This document shows positions 29,596 through 31,622 of a stretch of 31,622 nucleotides of DNA, piece by piece. The DNA lies in IMG/VR virus record IMGVR_UViG_3300028048_000050, positions 147,494 through 179,115 of that record; one strand, 5' to 3'. The position numbers and the translations under genes are program-made. Position 1 is the stretch's first letter, and every line of letters begins with the position of its first letter. Source of the stretch: a virus. Its lineage: Duplodnaviria > Heunggongvirae > Uroviricota > Caudoviricetes. The notes under the pieces were generated by a model, which was given only the letters and a program-made list of their open reading frames with translations, was not told where the DNA came from and ran no database searches.

Positions 29596-30407
29596 CTTTT
29601 ACTTAATTTTTTTATTGCTTCTTTTCTAAGTTGTCTAATTCTTTCATCTCCTAAATTCATCTCTTTAGCTATTTCTTTTATAGATCTTTCAGAAACGCCT
29701 CCTAATCCATAATATTCAGTAACAACTTTATATTCTCTAGGATTTAATACTTTTAAAGAATCTAGAATTGCTTCTTTAGTAAAGAAATCTGAAAAAGGTT
29801 TAACTTCTTCAGTTAATATATCTTCTACTGATGATTTACCGTCTTCAGTAATAGGTGTATCTATAGATTGACAATACGATTTATTAAGTATAACTGAATT
29901 ATATTGTTTTTCTGTAATATTAGTCATTTTAATTAACTCTTCTTCAGTAGGTTCTCTTTGATACTTACTTAAAAACTCATTATAAGCTTTCTTTACTTTA
30001 GTTATCATAGAAATATAAGTAATAGGATATCTAATAGTTCTTCCTGTATTATATATGGATTTCATTATTTCTCTTCTAATATACCATACAGCATAACTAA
30101 TAAAATGATATCCTTTACTTGGATCATATTTTTCAACACTTTGAATTAATCCTAAATTTCCACTACTGATAAGATCTATTAATGGAACTCCTTGTCCAAC
30201 AAATTGTTTAGCACAAGTTACAACAAATCTAAGATTAGAATTAATAAGTTTATTACGAGCTTTTAAATCTCCCTCTTTCATTTTCTTAGCTAATTCAACT
30301 TGTTCCTCACCTTTATATATCGGATATTTAGATATATCTTTAAAATATTTTTGTAGGAGTTCACTGTTTTCAGTTAAAATATTCTTTTCAGTTGTTATTT
30401 CTTTCAC
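29565..30407 (-). CDS. Sigma-70 family RNA polymerase sigma factor resembling the Bacteroidetes primary sigma (regions 1.2-4)
   Basis: LQKYFKDI, NLRFVV..AK, DLISSGNLGLI..VEKYDP.KG..FISYAVWYIR, RTIRYP, REPT.EEL, L.PRE..V..YYGL, EIA..ERIRQL..AIKKL. Confidence 0.93.
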   Translation of the reverse strand: MKEITTEKNILTENSELLQKYFKDISKYPIYKGEEQVELAKKMKEGDLKARNKLINSNLRFVVTCAKQFVGQGVPLIDLISSGNLGLIQSVEKYDPSKGYHFISYAVWYIRREIMKSIYNTGRTIRYPITYISMITKVKKAYNEFLSKYQREPTEEELIKMTNITEKQYNSVILNKSYCQSIDTPITEDGKSSVEDILTEEVKPFSDFFTKEAILDSLKVLNPREYKVVTEYYGLGGVSERSIKEIAKEMNLGDERIRQLRKEAIKKLSKRCGKTLKTLL

Positions 30408-30702
30408 TTAACCATAAACTCTTAACACTGTTTATTTTAACTATCTTATATTTTCCTTCAAATTCATCTCCTAAATTAATCATTGGACCTCCTGATGGAT
30501 CAATAGCTTCAATAACACTCCAATCTATAGAATTTTTATCTTCATTATAATTACCTATAAATCTAACAAACTCTAATACATATTTGTGTTTATCATCTAC
30601 TTGTAATTCCCATTCAGTTATTCCTGGTTCAATTTCTTTTAGATACTTTTGTACTAATCTTAAATCAGCACCATCTCTATTAAATAATTTTATTTCTTTC
30701 AT
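30388..30702 (-). CDS. Hypothetical protein (DPSGGP motif)
   Basis: IDPSGGPMI.LG; ORF overlapping both neighbours. Confidence 0.7.
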   Translation of the reverse strand: MKEIKLFNRDGADLRLVQKYLKEIEPGITEWELQVDDKHKYVLEFVRFIGNYNEDKNSIDWSVIEAIDPSGGPMINLGDEFEGKYKIVKINSVKSLWLSERNNN

Positions 30703-31217
30703 AATTGATTGGTTTCTTTTAAATATTCATATAATTGATATTTTGTAATACCTTCCTTATATATACATTCTTGTCTAGATTTATATTCTTTTCCTTTATA
30801 TATACAAGGTCTAGCTGTTTTTCCTCTACCACTAACAGTATAATTTTCGTTAGTAAACCTTTCAATGTTGTGCTGTTCTTTTGCTTCTAGAAAATCATTA
30901 ACTATTTTAATGTTTTCTAATCGTTTTTCTTTTAATGGAGTTCTAGATATTTTTTCTATTTCATATCCATTATCTTTAATAAATTGTATTAGTACATCCC
31001 AATCCTTTCTTTTAATAGATTCAAATTTACCACAATATATTCCTAGACCATTATCTCCATTAATATCCCAATCAAATAGATTTATAAGATTAACTTTAAT
31101 TACATTATCATCAGTTATATCAGATTCTTTTTCATATATTAAACGAGCGTAAGCATTTATTAGCTTACGTTCGTCTATTTCTCTTAACATAACTGTATTA
31201 ATTATCAGTTGTATCAT
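30699..31217 (-). CDS. Hypothetical protein with a possible C-terminal NUMOD1/HTH-like DNA-binding motif
   Basis: C-terminal RPCIYKGKEYKSRQEC..EGIT..QLY.YL. Confidence 0.6.
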   Translation of the reverse strand: MIQLIINTVMLREIDERKLINAYARLIYEKESDITDDNVIKVNLINLFDWDINGDNGLGIYCGKFESIKRKDWDVLIQFIKDNGYEIEKISRTPLKEKRLENIKIVNDFLEAKEQHNIERFTNENYTVSGRGKTARPCIYKGKEYKSRQECIYKEGITKYQLYEYLKETNQL

Positions 31218-31575
31218 CGTCTAACTCATTCATGTCAATAATATCAAATTCTTTTAATGGTTTATTATAAAAGTTATGATAACATTTACCTATTTGAGAT
31301 CCGTCATAAAGTATTTTGTTTTCTCTAGTATCCTTTTGAAGAATTATATGATTTCCTTTATACTCTATTAATAATCCATTATCAGTTACTTTAATAACAT
31401 GAAAATCATTTGTATCTTTAACAATTCCTCCCCACCATTTATTAGAACTTAAATACTCTATTATATTCTTGTCTATTCCACATAAATGATAAGTATTACG
31501 AGTAGAAGTTTCACTTAAATCTATTAAACTATCTATAGTATTTTTTAATACTTTATAGTATAAATTACTTACCAT
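31198..31575 (-). CDS. Hypothetical protein
   Basis: ORF in the packed operon. Confidence 0.6.
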   Translation of the reverse strand: MVSNLYYKVLKNTIDSLIDLSETSTRNTYHLCGIDKNIIEYLSSNKWWGGIVKDTNDFHVIKVTDNGLLIEYKGNHIILQKDTRENKILYDGSQIGKCYHNFYNKPLKEFDIIDMNELDDDTTDN

Positions 31576-31622
31576 TTTCTCTTAAAATTCTACATTAACT
31601 ACTAATTGAATCATACTTGTTC

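Noticed and set aside
18401-31152. + strand ORFs 18401-18631, 22628-22825, 23202-23561, 25878-26090 and 30865-31152
   Set aside because: Antisense to well-supported or tightly packed - strand genes, with composition typical of shadow ORFs.

Overview
This AT-rich window comes from a crAss-like (Crassvirales-type) phage, probably infecting a Bacteroidota host, and covers the junction of two convergent gene arms. The + arm (1-15025) looks fragmented in the supplied ORF track only because TAG is read as an amino acid, almost certainly Gln (code 15). With TAG read through it becomes three large virion-cargo genes: a two-barrel virion RNA polymerase (>2860 aa, DLDID motif), a 530-aa ADP-ribosyltransferase-like plus zincin protein, and a 1614-aa protein with a PD-(D/E)xK nuclease domain and a hydrophobic C-terminal region. 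A TAG-recoded GIY-YIG/NUMOD1 endonuclease, missed by the ORF track, lies on the - strand between two terminators. The - arm (16075-31575) is a dense operon that never uses TAG, either as sense or as stop. It encodes a Bacteroidetes-type sigma-70 factor, DNA polymerase A, an AEP-like protein, DUF3310, a ThyX-like protein, YqeY and many small Cys-rich ORFs. Most notably it encodes a complete deamidating NAD+ salvage route (PncA, PncB, NadD, NadE) plus an ADP-ribose pyrophosphatase-type Nudix. This is a candidate phage NAD+ reconstitution (anti-defence) pathway distinct from NARP1 and NARP2. All calls come from manual translation and motif recognition; no database searches were run.
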